This document shows positions 28,254 to 46,099 of a stretch of DNA of 64,000 nucleotides, piece by piece. The notes beneath the pieces are model-generated. The model had not been told where the DNA came from and made no database searches. It saw only the letters and a program-made list of their open reading frames with translations. A program made the translations under genes and the position numbers. The DNA comes from the human T2T-CHM13v2.0 reference genome, Homo sapiens: the NCBI GenBank assembly GCA_009914755.4, contig CP068257.2:1216001-1280000 (forward strand). The letters run 5' to 3'. Numbering within the stretch: position 1 is the stretch's first letter; each line of letters begins with the position of its first letter.

Positions 28254-31200
28254 ATAAAATATCAAAGTACCCAAAGTATACATTATATACTGTACATAAA
28301 ATATGAAATTACATCAAATATATATTATATTAGGTACATAAAATATGAAATTACATCAAATATAGATTATTAACTGTACATAAAATATCAAAGAACCCCA
28401 AATATATATTATATACTGTACATGAAATATCAAACTTCACATACTATATATTATATACTGTACATAAAATATCAAAGTACCCAAGGTATATATTCTATAC
28501 TGTATGAAATATATCAAAGTACCCAAAGCATGTATTATATACTGTACATAAAATATGAATGTACATCAAATATAAATTTTATTCTGTACATAAAATATCA
28601 AAGTACACCAGATATACATTTTATAGTGTACATAAAATATCAAAGTACCCAAACTATACATTGTATACTGTACATAAAATATGAAATTACATCAAATATA
28701 TATCATATTAGGTACATAAAATATGAAAGTACATCAAATATAGATTATATACTGTACATAAAATATAAAGGAACCCCAAATATATATTATATACTGTACA
28801 TGAAATATCAAACTTCACAAACTATATATTATATACTGTACATAAAATATCAAAGTACCCAAGGTATATATTCTATACTGTACAAAAAATATCAAAGTAC
28901 CCAAAGCATGTATTATATACTGTACATAAAATATGAGAGTACATCAAGTATATATTTTATTCTTTACATAAAATATCAAAGTACACCAGATATATATTTT
29001 ATCGTGTACATAAAATATCAAAGTACCCAAATTATACATTATATACTGTACATAAAATATGAAATTACCTCAAATATATATTATATTAAGTACATAAAAT
29101 ATGAAAGTACCTCAAATATAGATTATATACCGTACATAAAATATCAAAGAACCCCAAATATATATTATATACTGTACATGAAATATCAAAGTTCACAAAC
29201 TATATATTATATACTGCACATAAAATATCAAAGTACCCAAGGTATATATTCTATACTGTACAAAATATATCAAAGTACCCAAAGCATGTATTATATACTG
29301 TACATAAAAGATGAAAGTACATCAAGTATATATTTTATTCTTTACATAAAATATCAAAGTACACCAGATATATATTTTATCATGTACATAAAATATCAAA
29401 GTACGCAAACTATACATTATATACTGTACATAAAATATGAAATTACCTCAAATATATATTATCTTAAGTACAAAAAATATTAAAGTACATCAAATATAGA
29501 TTATATACCGTACATAAAATATCAAAGTACCCCAAATGTATATTATATACTGTACATGAAATATCAAAGTTCACAAACTATATTATATACTGTACATAAA
29601 ATATCAAAGTACCCAAGGTATATATTCTATACTGTACAAAAAATATCAAAGTACCCAAAGCATGTATTATATACTGTACATGAAAGATGAAAGTACATCA
29701 AATATATATTTTATTCTGTACATAAAATATCATAGTACACCAGATATATATTTTATCGTGTACATAAAATATCAAAATACCCAAACTATACATTATATAC
29801 TGTACATAAAATATGAAATTACATCAAATATATATTATATTAGGTACATAAAATTTGAAAGTACATCAAATATAGATTATATACTGTACATATTATATCA
29901 AAGTATCCCAAATATATATTATATACTGTACATGAAATATGAAAGTTCACAAACTATATACTATATACTGTACATAAAATATCAAAGTACCCAAGGTACA
30001 TATTCTATACCGTACAAAAAATATCAAAGTACCCAAAGCATGTATTATATACTGTACATAAAATATGAAAGTACATCAAATATATATTTTATTCTGTACA
30101 TAAAATATCAAAGTACACCAGATATATATTTTATAGTGTACATAAAATATCAAAGTACCCAAAGTATACATTATATACTGTACATAAAATATGAAATTAC
30201 ATCAAATATATATTATATTAGGTACGTAAAATATGAAAGTACATCCAATATAGATTATATACTGTACATAAAATATCAAAGTACCCCAAATATATATTAT
30301 ATACTCTACATGAAATATCAAACTACAAAGACTATATATTATATACTGTACATAAAACATCAAAGTACCCAAGGTATATATTCTATACTGTACAAATATA
30401 TCAAAGTACCCAAAGCATGTATTATATACTGTACATAAAATATGAAAGTACATCAAATATATATTTTATTCTATACATAAAATATCAAAGTACACAAGAT
30501 ATATATTTTATCGTGTACATAAAAAATCAAAGTACAAAAACTATACATTATATACTGTACATTAAATATGAAATTACATCAAATATATATTAGGTACGTA
30601 AAATATGAAGGTACATCAAATATAGATTATATACTCTACATAAAATATCAAAGTAGCCCAAATATATATTATATAATGTACATGAAATATCAAACTTCAC
30701 AAACTATATATTATATACTGTACATAAAATATCAAAGTACCCAAAGTATATATTCTATACTGTACAAAAAATACCAAAGTACCCAAAGCATGTATTATAT
30801 ACTGTACATAAAATATGAAAGTACATCAAATATATATTTTATTCTGTACATAAAATATCAAAGTACACCAGATATATATTTTATAGTGTATATAAAATAT
30901 CAAAGTACCCAAAGTATACATTATATACTGTACATAAAATATGAAATTACATCAAATATATATTATATTAGTTACATAAAATATGAAAGTACATCAAATA
31001 TAGATTATATACTGTACATAAAATATCAAAGTAACCCAAATATATATTATATACTGTACATGAAATATCAAAGTTCACAATCTATATATTATATACTTTA
31101 AATAAAATATCAAAGTACCCAAGGTATATATTCTAGGCTGTACAAAAAATATCAAAGTACCCAAAGCATGTATTATATACTGTACATAAAATATGAAAGT

Positions 31201-34200
31201 ACATCAAATATATATTTTATTCTGTATATAAAATATCAAAGTACACCAGATATATATTTTATAGTGTACATAAAATATCAAAGTACCCAAACTATACATT
31301 ATATACTGTAGCTAAAATATGAAATTACATCAAATATATATTAGAATAGGTACATAAAATATGAAAGTACATCAAATATAGATTATATACTGTACATAAA
31401 ATATCAAAGTACCCCAAATATATATTTTATACTGTACATGAAATATCAAAGTTCACAAACTATATATTATATACTGCACATAAAATATCAAAGTACCCAA
31501 GGTATATATTCTGTACTGTACAAATAATATCAAAGTACCCAAATCATGTATTATATACTGTACATAAAATATGAAAGTACATGAAATATATTTTATTCTG
31601 TACAAATAATATCAAAGTACACCAAATATATATTCTAAACTGTACATAAAATATCAAAGTACCTAAACTATACATTATATACTGTACATAAAATATGAAA
31701 TTACATCAAATATATATTATATTAGGTACATAAAATATGAAAGTACATCAAATATAGATTATATATTGTACATAAAATATCAAAGTACCCCAAATATATA
31801 TTATATACTCTACATGAAATATCAAAGTTCACAAACTATATATTATATACTGTACATAAAATATCAAAGTACTCAAGGTATATATTCTACACTGTACAAA
31901 AAATATCAAAGTACACAAAGCATGTATTATATACTGTACATAAAATATGAAAGTACATGAAATATATATTTTATTCTGTACAAAAAATATCAAAGTACAC
32001 CAAATATATATTCTATACTGTACATAAAATATCAAAGTACCCAAACAATACATTATATACTGTATATAAAATATGAAATTACATCAAATATATATTATAT
32101 TAGGTACATAAAATATGAAAGTACATCAAATATAGATTATATACTGTACATAAAATATCAAATTACACCAAATATATATTATATACTGTACATGAAATAT
32201 CAAAGTTCACAAACTATATATTATATACTGTACATAAAATATGAATGTACCCAAGGTATATATTCTATACTGTAAAAAAAATATGAAAGTACCCAAACCA
32301 TGTATTATATACTGTACATAAAATATGAAAGTACATAAAATGTATATTTTAATCTGTAGAAAAAATATAAAAGTACACCAAATATATATTCTATAGTGTA
32401 CAAAAAATTAAAAAGTACCCAAACTATACATTATATACTGTACATAAAATATGAAATTACGTCAAAAATATATTAGGTACGTAAAATATGAAAGTACATC
32501 AAATATAAATTATATACCGTACATAAAATATCAAAGTACACCAAATATATATTATAAAGTATACATGAAATATCAAAGTTCACAAACTATGTATTATAAA
32601 CTGTACATAAAATATCAAAATACCCAAGGTATATATTCTATACTGTATAAAAAATATCAAAGTACCCAAAGTATGTATTATATACTGTACATAAAATATG
32701 AAAGTACATCAAATATATATTTTATTCTATACAAAAAATATCAAAGTACAGCAAATATATATTCTATACTGTACATAAAATATCAAAGTACCCAAAGCAT
32801 GTATTATATACTGTACATAAAATATGAAAGTACATGAAATATATATATTATTCTGTACATAAAATATCAAAGTACACGAAATATATATTCTATAGTGTAC
32901 ATAAAATATCAAAGTACCCAAACTATACTTTATGTACAGTACATAAAATATCAAATTACATCAAAAATATATTATATTAGGTACAAAAAATATGAAAGTA
33001 CATCATATATAGATTATATACTGTACATAAAATATCAAAGTACCCCAAATATATATTATATACTCTACATGAAATATCAAAGTTCACAAACTATATATTT
33101 TATACTGTACATAAAATATCAATGTACCCAAGGTATATATTCTATACGGTACAAAAAATATCAAAGTACCCAAAGCATGTATTATATACTGTACATAAAA
33201 TATGAAAGTACATCAAATATATATTTTATTCTGTACATAAAATATCAAAGTACACCAAATATATATTCTATAGTGTACATAAAATATCAAAGTACCCAAA
33301 CTATACATTATATACTGTACATAAAATATGAAATTACATCAAAAAAATATTAGGTACGTAAAATATGAAAGTACATCAAATATAGATTATATACCTTACA
33401 TAAAATATCAAAGTACCCCAAATATATATTATATACTGTACATGAAATATCAAAGTTCAGAAACTATATATTATATACTGTACATAAAATATCAAAGTAC
33501 CCAAGTACATCAAATGTAGATTGTATACCGTACATAAAATATCAAAGTACCCTAAATATATATTATATACTGTACATGAAATATCAAAGTTCACAAACTA
33601 TATATTATATACTGTACATAAAATATCAATGTACCAAGGTATATATTCTATACTGTACAAAAAATATCAAAGTACCCAAAGCATGTGTTATATACTGTAC
33701 ATAAAATATGAAAGTACATCAAATATATATTTTATTCTGTACAAAAAATATCAAAGTACACCAAATATATATTCTATAGTGTACATAAAATATCGAAGTA
33801 CCCATACTATACATTATATACTGTACATAAAATATGAAATTACATCAAATATATATTATATTAGGTACATAAAATATGAAAGTACATTAAATATAGATTA
33901 TATACTGTACATAAAATACCAAAGTACCCCAAATATATATTTTATACTGTACATGAAATATCAAAGTTCACAACTATATATTATATACTGTACATAAAAT
34001 ATCAAAGTACCCAAGGTATATATTCTATACTGTACAAAAAATATCAAAGTACCCAAAGCATGTATTATATACTGTTCATAAGATACGAAAGTACATCAAA
34101 TATATATTTTATTCTGTACATAATATATCAAAGTACATGAAATATATATTCCATAGTGTACATAAAATATCAAAGTACCCAAACTATACATTATATACTG

Positions 34201-36309
34201 TACATAAAATATGAAATTACATCAAATATATATTATATTAGGTACATAAAATATGAAAGTACATCAAATATAGATTATATACTGTACATAAAATACCAAA
34301 GTACCCCAAATATATATTTTATACTGTACATGAAATATCAAACTTCACAAACTATATATTATATACTCTACATAAAATATCAATGTACCCAAGGTATATA
34401 TTGTATACTGTACAAAAAATATCAAAGTACCCAAAGCATGTATTATATACTGTACATAAAATATGAAAGTACATCAAATATATATTTTATTCTGTACATA
34501 AAATATCAAAGTACACGAAATATATATTCTATACTGTACATAAAATATCAAAGTACCCAAACTATACATTATATACTGTACATAAAATATGAAATTACAT
34601 CAAACATATATTATATTAGGTACATAAAATATGAAAGTACATAAAATATGAAAATACATCAAATATAGATTATATACTGTACATAAAATACCAAAGTACC
34701 CCAAATATATTTTATACTGTACATGAAATAACAAAGTTCACAAACTATATATTATATACTGTATATAAAATATCAAAGTAACCAAGGTATATATTCTATA
34801 CTGTACAAAAAATATCAAAGTACCCAAAGCATGTATTATATACTGCACAAAAAATATGAAAGTACATCAAATATATATTTTATTCTGTACATAAAATATC
34901 AAAGTACACCAAATATATATTGTATATTGTACATAAAATATCAAAGTATCCAAACTATACTTTATATACTGTACATAAAATATGGAATTACATCAAATAT
35001 ATATTATATTAGGTACATAAAATATGAAAGTACATCAAATATAGATTATATACTCTACATAAAATATCAAGGTACCCAAATATATATTATATACTGTACA
35101 TGAAATATCAAAGTTCACAAACTATATATTATATACTGTACATAAAATATCAATGTACCCAAGTATATATTCTATACTGTACAAAAAATATCAAAGTACC
35201 CAAAGCATGTATTATATACTGTACATAAAATATGAAAGTACATCAAATATATATTTTATTCTGTACATAAAATATCAAAGTACACGAAATATATATTCTA
35301 TAGTTTACATACAATATCAAAGTACCCAAAATATACATTATATACTGTACATAAAATATGAAATTACATCATATATATATTATATTAGGTACATGAAATA
35401 TGAAGGTACATCAAATATAGGTTATATACTGTACACAAAATATCAAAGTACCCCAAATATATATTATATGCTTTACATGAAATATCAAAGTTCACTAACT
35501 ATATATTATATACGGTACATAAAATATCAATGTACCCAAGGTATATATTCTATACTGTACAAAAAATATCAAAGTACCCAAAGCATGTATTATATACTGT
35601 ACATAAAATATGAAATTACATCAAATGTATATTTTATTCTGTAAATAAAATATCAAACTATACCAAATATATATTCTATAGTGTACATAAAATATCAAAG
35701 TACGCAAACTATACATTATATACTGTACATAATATATGAAATTACATCAAATACATTTATATTAGGTACATAAAATATGAAAGTACATCGAATATAGATT
35801 ATATACCGTACATAAAATATCAAAGTACCCCAAATATATATTATATACTGTACATGAAATATCAAAGTTCATAAACTATATATTACGTACTGTACATAAA
35901 ATAACAAAGTACCCATGGTATATATTCTATACTTTACAAAAAATATCAAATTACCCAAAGCATGTATTATATACTGTACATAAAATATGAAAGTGCATCA
36001 AATATATATTTTATTCTGTACATAAAATATCAAAGTACCCTTACTATACATTATATACTGTACATAAAATATGAAATTACATCAAATATATATTATATTA
36101 GGTACATAAAATATGAAAGTACATCCAATATAGATTATATACTGTACATAAAATATCAAAGTACCCCAAATATATATTATATACTGTACATGAAATATCA
36201 AATTTCACAAACTACGTATTATATACTGTACATAAAATATCAAAGTACCCAAGTACATCAAATATAGATTATATACCGTATATAAAATATCAAAGTACCC
36301 TAAATATAT

Positions 36310-39300
36310 ATTATATACTGTACATGAAATATCAAAGTTCACAAACTATATATTATATACTGTACATAAAATATCAAAATACCCAAGGTATATATTCTAT
36401 ACTGTACAAAAAATATCAAAGTACCCAAAGCATGTATTATATACTGTACATAAAATATGAAAGTACATCAAATATATATTTTATTCTGTACATAAAATAT
36501 CAAAGTACACCAAATATATATTCTATAGTGTACATAAAATATCAAAGTACCCAAACTATAGATTACATACTGTACATAGAATATGAAATTACATCAAAAA
36601 TATATTAGGTACATAAAATATGAAAGTACATCAAATATAGATTATATACTGTACATAAAATATCAAAGTACCCCAAATATATATTATATACACTACATGA
36701 GATACCAAAGTTCACAAACTATATATTATATACTGTACATAAAATATCAATGTACCAAGGTATATATTCTATACTGTACAAAAAATATCAAAGTACCCAA
36801 AGCATGTGTTATATACTGTACATAAAATATGAAAGTACATCAAATATATATTTTATTCTGTACATAAAATATCAAAGTACACCAAATATATATTCTATAG
36901 TGTACATAAAATATCAAAGTACCCAAACTATACATTATATACTGTACATAAAATATGAAATTATATCAAAAATATATTAGGTACGTAAAATATGAAAGTA
37001 CATCAAATACAGATTATATACCTTACATAAAATATCAAAGTACCCCAAATATATATTATATACTGTACATGAAATATCAAAGTTCACAAACTATATATTA
37101 TATACTGTACATAAAATAACAAAGTACCCAAGGTATATATTCTATACTGTAAAAAAATATCAAAGTACCCAAATCATGTATTATGTACTGTACATAAAAT
37201 ATGAAATTACATCAAATATATATTTTATTCTGCACATAAAATATCAAACTACAGCAAATATATATTCTATAGTGTACATAAAATATCAAAATACCCAAAC
37301 TATACATTATATACTGTACAAAATATATGAAATTACATCAAATATATATTATATTAGGTACATAAAAGATCAAAGTACATCAAATATAGATTATATACTG
37401 TACATAAAATATCAAAGTACCCCAAATATATATTACATACTGTACATGAAATATCAAAGTTCACAAACTATATATTATATACTGTACATAAAATATCAAT
37501 GTACCCAAGGTATATATTCTATACTGTACAAAAAATATCAAAGTACCCAAAGCATGTATTATATACTGTACATAAAATATGAAAGTACATCAAATATATA
37601 TTTTATTCTGTACAAAAAATATCAAAGTACACCAAATATATATTCTATAGTGTACATAAAATATCAAAGTACCCAAACTATACATTATATACTGTACATA
37701 AAATATGAAATGATATCAAATATATATTACATTAGGTACATAAAATATGAAAGTACATCAAATATAGATTATATACTGTACATAAAATATCAAAGTACCC
37801 AAATATATATTATATACTGTACAGGAAATATCAAAGTTCACAAACTATATATTATATACTGTACATAAAATATCAATGTACCCAAGTATATATTCTATAC
37901 TGTACAAAAAATATCAAAGTACCCAAAGCATGTATTCTATACTGTACATAAAATATGAAAGTACATCAAATATATATTTTATTCTGTACATAAAATATCA
38001 AAGTACACCAAATATATATTCTATACTGTACAAAAAATATCAAAGTATCCAAACTATACATTATATACTGTACATAAAATATGAAATTACATCAAATATA
38101 TATTATATTAGGTACATAAAATATTAAAGTACATCAAATATAGATTAAATAGTGTACATAAAATATCAAAGTACCCCAAATATATATTATATACTGTACA
38201 TGAAATATCAAAGTTCACAAACTATATATTATATACTGTACATAAAATATCAATGTACCCAAGTTATATATTCTATACTGTACAAAAAATATCAAACTAC
38301 CCAAAGCATGTATTATATACTGTACATAAAATATGAAAGTACATCAAATATATATTTTCTTCTGTACAAAAAATATCAAAGTACACCAAATATATATTCT
38401 ATAGCGTACATAAAATATCAATGTACCCAAACTATACATTATATACTGTACATAAAATATGAAATTACATCAAAAATATATTATATTAGGTACGTAAAAT
38501 ATGAAAGTACTTCAAAGATAGATTATATACCTTACATAAAATATCAAAGTACCCCAAATATATATTATATACTGTACATGAAATATCAAATTTCAGAAAC
38601 TATGTATTATATACTGTACATAAACTAAAAAAGTACCCAAGGTATATATTCTATACTTTACAAAAAATATCAAAGTACCCAAAGCATGTATTATATACTG
38701 TACATAAAATATGAAAGCACATCAAATATATATTTTATTCTGTAAATAAAATATCAACATACCCTTACTATACATTATATACTGTACATAAAATATGAAA
38801 TTACATCAAATATATATCATATTAGGTGCATAAAATATGAAAGTACATCAAATATAGATTATATACTGTACATAAAATATCAAAGTACCCCAAATATATA
38901 TTATATACTGTACATGAAATATCAAAGTTCACAAACTATATATTATATACTGTACATAAAATATCAAAATACCCAAGGTATATATTCTATACTGTACAAA
39001 AAATATCAAAGTACCCAAAGCATGTATTATATACTGTACATAAAATATGAAAGTACATCAAATATATATTTTATTCTGTACATAAAATATCAAAGTACAC
39101 CAAATATATATTCTATAGTGTACATAAAATATCAAAGTACCCAAACTATAGATTACATACTGTACATAGAATATGAAATTACATCAAAAATATATTAGGT
39201 ACATAAAATATGAAAGTACATCAAATATAGATTATATACTGTACATAAAATATCAAAGTACCCCAAATATATATTATATACTGTACATGAGATACCAAAG

Positions 39301-41550
39301 TTCACAAACTATATATTATATACTGTACATAAAATATCAATGTACCAAGGTATATATTCTATACTGTACAAAAAATATCAAAGTACCCAAAGCATGTGTT
39401 ATATACTGTACATAAAATATGAAAGTACATCAAATATATATTTTATTCTGTACATAAAATATCAAAGTACACCAAATATATATTCTATAGTGTACATAAA
39501 ATATCAAAGTACCCAAACTATACATTATATACTGTACATAAAATATGAAATTATATCAAAAATATATTAGGTACGTAAAATATGAAAGTACATCAAATAC
39601 AGATTATATACCTTACATAAAATATCAAAGTACCCCAAATATATATTATATACTGTACATGAAATATCAAAGTTCACAAACTATATATTATATACTGTAC
39701 ATAAAATAACAAAGTACCCAAGGTATATATTCTATACTGTAAAAAAATATCAAAGTACCCAAATCATGTATTATGTACTGTACATAAAATATGAAATTAC
39801 ATCAAATATATATTTTATTCTGCACATAAAATATCAAACTACAGCAAATATATATTCTATAGTGTACATAAAATATCAAAATACCCAAACTATACATTAT
39901 ATACTGTACAAAATATATGAAATTACATCAAATATATATTATATTAGGTACATAAAAGATCAAAGTACATCAAATATAGATTATATACTGTACATAAAAT
40001 ATCAAAGTACCCCAAATATATATTACATACTGTACATGAAATATCAAAGTTTACAAACTATATATTATATACTGTACATAAAATATCAATGTACCCAAGG
40101 TATATATTCTATACTGTACAAAAAATATCAAAGTACCCAAAGCATGTATTATATACTGTACATAAAATATGAAAGTACATCAAATATATATTTTATTCTG
40201 TACAAAAAATATCAAAGTACACCAAATATATATTCTATAGTGTACATAAAATATCAAAGTACCCAAACTATACATTATATACTGTACATAAAATATGAAA
40301 TGATATCAAATATATATTACATTAGGTACATAAAATATGAAAGTACATCAAATATAGATTATATACTGTACATAAAATATCAAAGTACCCAAATATATAT
40401 TATATACTGTACAGGAAATATCAAAGTTCACAAACTATATATTATATACTGTACATAAAATATCAATGTACCCAAGTATATATTCTATACTGTACAAAAA
40501 ATATCAAAGTACCCAAAGCATGTATTCTATACTGTACATAAAATATGAAAGTCCATCAAATATATATTTTATTCTGTACATAAAATATCAAAGTACACCA
40601 AATATATATTCTATACTGTACAAAAAATATCAAAGTATCCAAACTATACATTATATACTGTACATAAAATATGAAATTACATCAAATATATATTATATTA
40701 GGTACATAAAATATTAAAGTACATCAAATATAGATTAAATAGTGTACATAAAATATCAAAGTACCCCAAATATATATTATATACTGTACATGAAATATCA
40801 AAGTTCACAAACTATATATTATATACTGTACATAAAATATCAATGTACCCAAGTTATATATTCTATACTGTACAAAAAATATCAAACTACCCAAAGCATG
40901 TATTATATACTGTACATAAAATATGAAAGTACATCAAATATATATTTTCTTCTGTACAAAAAATATCAAAGTACACCAAATATATATTCTATAGCGTACA
41001 TAAAATATCAATGTACCCAAACTATACATTATATACTGTACATAAAATATGAAATTACATCAAAAATATATTATATTAGGTACGTAAAATATGAAAGTAC
41101 TTCAAAGATAGATTATATACCTTACATAAAATATCAAAGTACCCCAAATATATATTATATACTGTACATGAAATATCAAATTTCAGAAACTATGTATTAT
41201 ATACTGTACATAAACTAAAAAAGTACCCAAGGTATATATTCTATACTTTACAAAAAATATCAAAGTACCCAAAGCATGTATTATATACTGTACATAAAAT
41301 ATGAAAGCACATCAAATATATATTTTATTCTGTAAATAAAATATCAACATACCCTTACTATACATTATATACTGTACATAAAATATGAAATTACATCAAA
41401 TATATATCATATTAGGTGCATAAAATATGAAAGTACATCAAATATAGATTATATACTGTACATAAAATATCAAAGTACCCCAAATATATATTATATACTG
41501 TACATGAAATATCAAAGTTCACAAACTATATATTATATACTGTACATAAA
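36310..41550. repeat. HSat1A 2590-bp higher-order unit in two near-identical tandem copies (>99% identity)
   Basis: ORF 36324..36608 is identical to 38914..39198. ORF 36583..36825 vs 39173..39415 has 1 aa difference. The 230-aa ORF 37176..37868 vs 39766..40458 has 1 aa difference. ORF 38152..38628 is identical to 40742..41218. Offset is exactly 2590 bp for all. Flanking sequence diverges at ~36300 and ~41555. More diverged relatives of the same unit lie upstream at ~33.5 kb. Confidence 0.8.
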
Positions 41551-44500
41551 ATATCAATGTAACCAAGGTATATATTCTATAATGTACAAAAAATATCAAA
41601 GTACCCAAAGCATGTATTATATACTGTACATAAAATATGAAAGTGCATCAAATATATATTGTCTTCTGTACATAAAATATAAAAGTACACCAAATATATA
41701 TTCTATACTGTACATAAAATATCAAAGTACCCAAACTATACATTATATACTGTACATAAAATATGAAATTACATCAAAAATATATTAGGTATGTAAAATA
41801 TGAAAGTACATCAAAAATAGATTTTATACCTTACATAAAATATCAAAGTACCCCAAATATATATTATATACTGTACATGAAATACCAAATTTCAAAATCT
41901 ATATATTATATACTGTACATAAAATATCAAAGTACCCAAGGTATATGTTCTATAGTGTACAAAAAATATCAAAGTACCCAAAGCATGTATTATATACTGT
42001 ACATAAAATATGAAAGTACATCAAATATATATTTTATTCTGTACATAATATATCAAAGTACAACAAATATATATTCTATAGTGTACATAAAATATCAAAC
42101 TACCCAAACTATTCATTATATACTGTACATAAAAGATGAAATTACATCAAAAATATATTATATTAGGTACATAAAATATGAAAGTACATCAAATATAGAT
42201 TATATACTGCACGTAAAATATCAAAGTACCCCAAATATGTATTATATACTCTACATGAAATATCAAAGTTCACCAACTATATATTATATACTGTACATAA
42301 AATATCAATGTACCCAAGATATATATTCTATACTGTACAAAAAATATCAAAGTACCCAAAGCGTGTATTATATACTGTACATAAGATACGAAAGTACATC
42401 AAATATATATTTTATTCTGTACATAATATATCAAAGTACATGAAATATATATTCCATAGTGTACATAAAATATCAAAGTAGCCAAACTATACATTATATA
42501 CTGTACATAAAATATGAAATTACATCAAATATATATTATATTAGGTACATAAAATATGAAAGTACATCAAATATAGATTATATACTGTACATAAAATACC
42601 AAAGTACCCCAAATATATATTTTATACTGTACATGAAATATCAAAGTTCACAAACTATATATTTTATACTCTACATAAAATATCAAAGTACCCAAGGTAT
42701 ATATTCTATACTGTACAAAAAATATCAAAGTACCCAAAGCATGTATTATATACTGTACATAAAATATGAAAGTACATAAAATATATATTTTATACTGTAC
42801 ATAAAATATCAAAGTACACGAAATATATATTGTATACTGTACATAAAATATCAAAGTACCCAAACTATACATTATATACTGTACATAAAATATGAAATTA
42901 CATCAAACATATATTATATTAGGTACATAAAATATGAAAGTACATCAAATATAGATTATATACTGTACATAAAATACCAAAGTACCCCAAATATATTTTA
43001 TACTGTATATGAAATAACAAAGTTCACAAACTATATATTATATACTGTATAAAAAATATCAAAGTAAACAAGGTATATATTCTATACTGTAGAAAAAATA
43101 TCAAAGTACCGAAAGCATGTATTATATGCTGTACAAAAAATATGAAAGTACATCAAATATATATTTTATTCTGTACATAAAATATCAAAGTACACCAAAT
43201 ATATATTGTATACTGTACATAAAATATCAAATTATCCAAACTATACTTTATATACTGTACATAAAATATGGACTTACATCAAATATATATTATATTAGGT
43301 ACATAAAATATGAAAGTACATCAAATATAGATTATATACTCTACATAAAATATCAAAGTACCCAAATATATATTATATACTGTACATGAAATATCAAAGT
43401 TCACAAACTATATATTATATACTGTACATATAATATCAATGTACCCAAGTATATATTCTATACTGTACAAAAAATATCAAAGTACCCAAAGCATGTATTA
43501 TATACTGTACATAAAATATGAAAGTACATCAAATATATATTTTATTCTGTACATAAAATATCAAAGAACACCAAATATATATTCTATACTCTACATAAAA
43601 TATCAAAGTATCCAAACTATACATTATATACTGTACATAAAATATGAAATTACATCAAAAATATATTAGGTAGGTAAAATATGACAGTACATCAAATATA
43701 GATTATATACCTTACATAAAATATCAAAGTACCCCAAATGTATATTTTATACTGTACATGAAATATCAAAGTTCACAAAATATATATTATATACTGTACA
43801 TAAAATATCAAAGTACCCAAGTATATATACTATACTGTACAAAAAATATCAAAGTACCCAAACATTTATTACATTCTGTACATAAGATATGAAAATACAT
43901 CAAATATATATTTTATTCTGGACATAAAATATCAAAGTACACGAAATATATATTCTAGAGTTTACATACAATATCAAAGTACCCAAAATATACATTATAT
44001 ACTGTACATAAAATATGAAATTACATCATATATATATTATATTAGGTAGATAAAATATGAAAGTACATCAAATATAGATTATATACTGTACACAAAATAT
44101 CAAAGTACCCCAAATATATATTATATGCTTTATATGAAATATCAAAGTCCACAAACTATATATTATATACTGTACATAAAATATCAATGTACCCAAGTTA
44201 TATATTCTATACTGTACAAAAAATATCAAAGTACCCAAAGCATATATTATATACGGTACATAAAATATGAAAGTACATCAAATATATATTGTATTCTGTA
44301 CATAAAATATCAAAGTACACGAAATATATATTCTATAGTGTACATAAAATATCAAAGTACCCAAACTATACATTATATACAGTACATAAAAGATGAAATT
44401 ACATCAAAAATATATTATATTAGGTACATAAAATATGAAAGTACATCAAATATAGATTATATACTGTACATAAAATATCAAAGTACCCCAAATATATATT

Positions 44501-46099
44501 ATATACTCTACATGAAATATCAAAGTTCACAAACTATATATTATATACTGTACATAAAATATCAATGTACCCAAGGTATATATTCTATACGGTACAAAAA
44601 ATATCAAAGTACCCAAAGCATGTATTATATACTGTACATAAAATATGAAAGTACATCAAATATATATTTTATTCTGTACATAAAATATCAAAGTACACCA
44701 AATATATATTCTATAGTGTACATAAAATATCAAAGTACCCAAACTATACATTATATACTGTACATAAAATATGAAATTACATCAAATATATATTAGGTAT
44801 GTAAAATATGAAAGTACATCAAATATAGATTATATACCTTACATAAAATATCAAAGTACCCCAAATATATATTATATACTGTACATGAAATATCAAATTT
44901 CACAAACTATATATTATATACTGTACATAAAATATCAAAGTACACAAGTTATATATTCTATACTGTACGAAAAATATCAAAGTACACAAAGCATGTATTA
45001 TATACTGTACATAAAATATGAAAGTACATCAAATATATATTTTATTCTGTACATAAAATATCAAAGTACACCAAATATATATTCTATAGTGTACATAAAA
45101 TATCAAAGTACCCAAACTATACATTATATACTGTAGATAAAATATGAAATTACATCAAATATATATTATATTAGTTACGTAAAATAAGAAAGTACATCAA
45201 TTATAGATTATATACCATACATAAAATATCAAAGTACCCCAAATATATATTTTATACTGTACATGAAATATGAAAGTTCACAAACTATATATTATATACT
45301 GTACATAAAATACCAAAGTACCCAAGGTATATATTCTATACTGTACAAAATATATCAAAGTACCCAAAGCATGTATTATATAATGTACATAAAATATGAA
45401 AGTACATCAAATATATATTTTATTCTGTACAAAAAATATCAAAGTACACCAAATATATATTCTATAGTGTACATAAAATATCAAAGTACCCAAACTGTAC
45501 ATTATATACTGTACATAAAATATGAAATTACATCAAATATATATTATATTAGGTACATAAAATATGAAAGAACATCAAATATAGATTATATACTGTACAT
45601 AAAATACCAAAGTACCCGAAATATATATTATATACTGTACATGAAATATCAAAGTTCACAAACTATATATTATATACTGTACATAAAATATCATTGTACC
45701 AAGGTATATATTCTATACTGTACAAAAATATCAAAGTACCCAAAGCATATATTTTATACTGTACATAAAATATGAAAGTACATCATATATATATTTTTTT
45801 CTCTACATAAAATATCAAAGTACACCAAACATATATTCTATACTGTACATAAAATATCAAAGTACCCAAACTATACATTATATACTGTACATAAAAGATG
45901 AAATTACATCAAAAATATATTATATTAGGTACATTAAATATGAAAGTACATCAAATATAGATTATATACTGCACATAAAATATCAAAGTACCCCAAATAT
46001 ATATTATATACTCTACATGAAATATCAAAGTTAACCAACTATATATTATATACTGTACATAAAATATCAATGTACCCAAGGTATATATTCTATACTGTA

